Assembly (NCBI RefSeq): GCF_964204645.1 | Contig: NC_134031.1 | Span: 2,976,001-3,040,000, forward strand | Origin: Tubulanus polymorphus | Taxonomy: Eukaryota; Animalia; Nemertea | DNA length: 64,000 nucleotides | Direction of reading: 5' to 3' | Position numbers and translations under genes: made by a program | Notes under the pieces: model-generated | The model's input: the letters and a program-made list of their open reading frames with translations, nothing else | Databases searched by the model: none | What the model was told of the DNA's origin: nothing | Shown: in pieces, positions 63,405 to 64,000 of the stretch | Layout of the letters: every line of letters starts with the position of its first letter | Numbering within the stretch: the stretch's first letter is position 1

Positions 63405-64000
63405 TGTTATGCGGCCCGAAGAAGGAACCGAAATATCGTGGGAGAGCGTATCCTTCCTCAGCTCCGCACAACGACACAAATTGAATTTGACCCGAGACCA
63501 AAAATAAATAAACGACTAAGATGCAAATACTTCGAATATAAATACTCACAACTATTTATTATGTTACTTTCGTCTTTCCTATTTATCGACACCTTTTACA
63601 ATTTCGGGTTCTAGTTCCTTCCCCTCTTGGTTTCCCAGGTGCTCTCCGACTAGTTCAGCTATGTCTCTTATTTTTATACTATCCAAAATTTGGTTTCCAA
63701 GGGACTATTCTCGTGACCAACGCCACCGCATTTGGGGAGGGCCGACGACTAACCTCGGGACCTGATTCGCCCACCAGGCCCCCAAGAATTAATGTTCTTA
63801 GCAACCTGGTTAAGAAACAAGCCCGGAGTTGTCTCGGTTTCCAAACACGTAGACGTTGACACTTGACTAATCCCTTAGGATTTTTCTATTGTCTTGAAAA
63901 CTAACTCCAAAATATTTCTTATTAATCCGAGACATAAACTGAACTAGTAACAAAGGCAAACAACATTAAATGACCGCAAAGCCAAAACTTGCCCGTTTAT
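63405..64000 (-). repeat. 5' LTR (partial; predicted to end near 64158)
   Basis: Matches 57552-58147; followed on the minus strand by a 4-nt spacer and the PBS. Confidence 0.92.

Larger units (their letters stand above)
57552..64000 (-). mobile_element. Ty3/Gypsy-type LTR retrotransposon, non-autonomous (gag + protease only); 5' LTR runs past the window edge
   Basis: Direct repeats 57552-58147 and 63405-64000 with no difference seen; PBS, PPT, gag with CCHC knuckle, aspartic protease DTGA. Confidence 0.93.

Overview
Eukaryotic genomic window from an invertebrate bilaterian-type genome: AT-rich, spliceosomal GT-AG introns, no prokaryotic operons or CRISPR. (1) A complete Gfi1/Gfi1b/senseless-family transcription factor gene lies on the minus strand, join(complement 39166-39274, 32016-32231, 31165-31785, 21582-22111), 491 aa, with an N-terminal SNAG motif, six C2H2 fingers and an unusual ~120-aa Ser/Pro-rich tail. 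It is surrounded by large non-coding flanks. (2) A predicted three-exon, four-TM (CD20/MS4A-like topology) membrane protein gene is on the minus strand (54451-52432, ~327 aa), with two PPxY motifs and a C-terminal PDZ-type ligand. (3) A Ty3/Gypsy-type LTR element is on the minus strand (57552 to >64000). Its LTRs are identical over all 596 bp visible, and it has a tRNA-Phe PBS, a PPT, intact gag and protease ORFs joined by an intact -1 frameshift signal, but no open RT/RNase H/integrase ORF, only eroded RNase H- and integrase-like traces. This apparently recently mobile, non-autonomous Gag-protease-only element is the most interesting item. (4) Dispersed repeats include Penelope-type palindromes carrying minimal hammerhead-ribozyme motifs, an RTE-clade LINE 3' fragment with a nested Harbinger-like MITE, tRNA-derived SINE-like copies, foldback MITEs, and mini/microsatellites. 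All calls were made by eye; no database searches were run.
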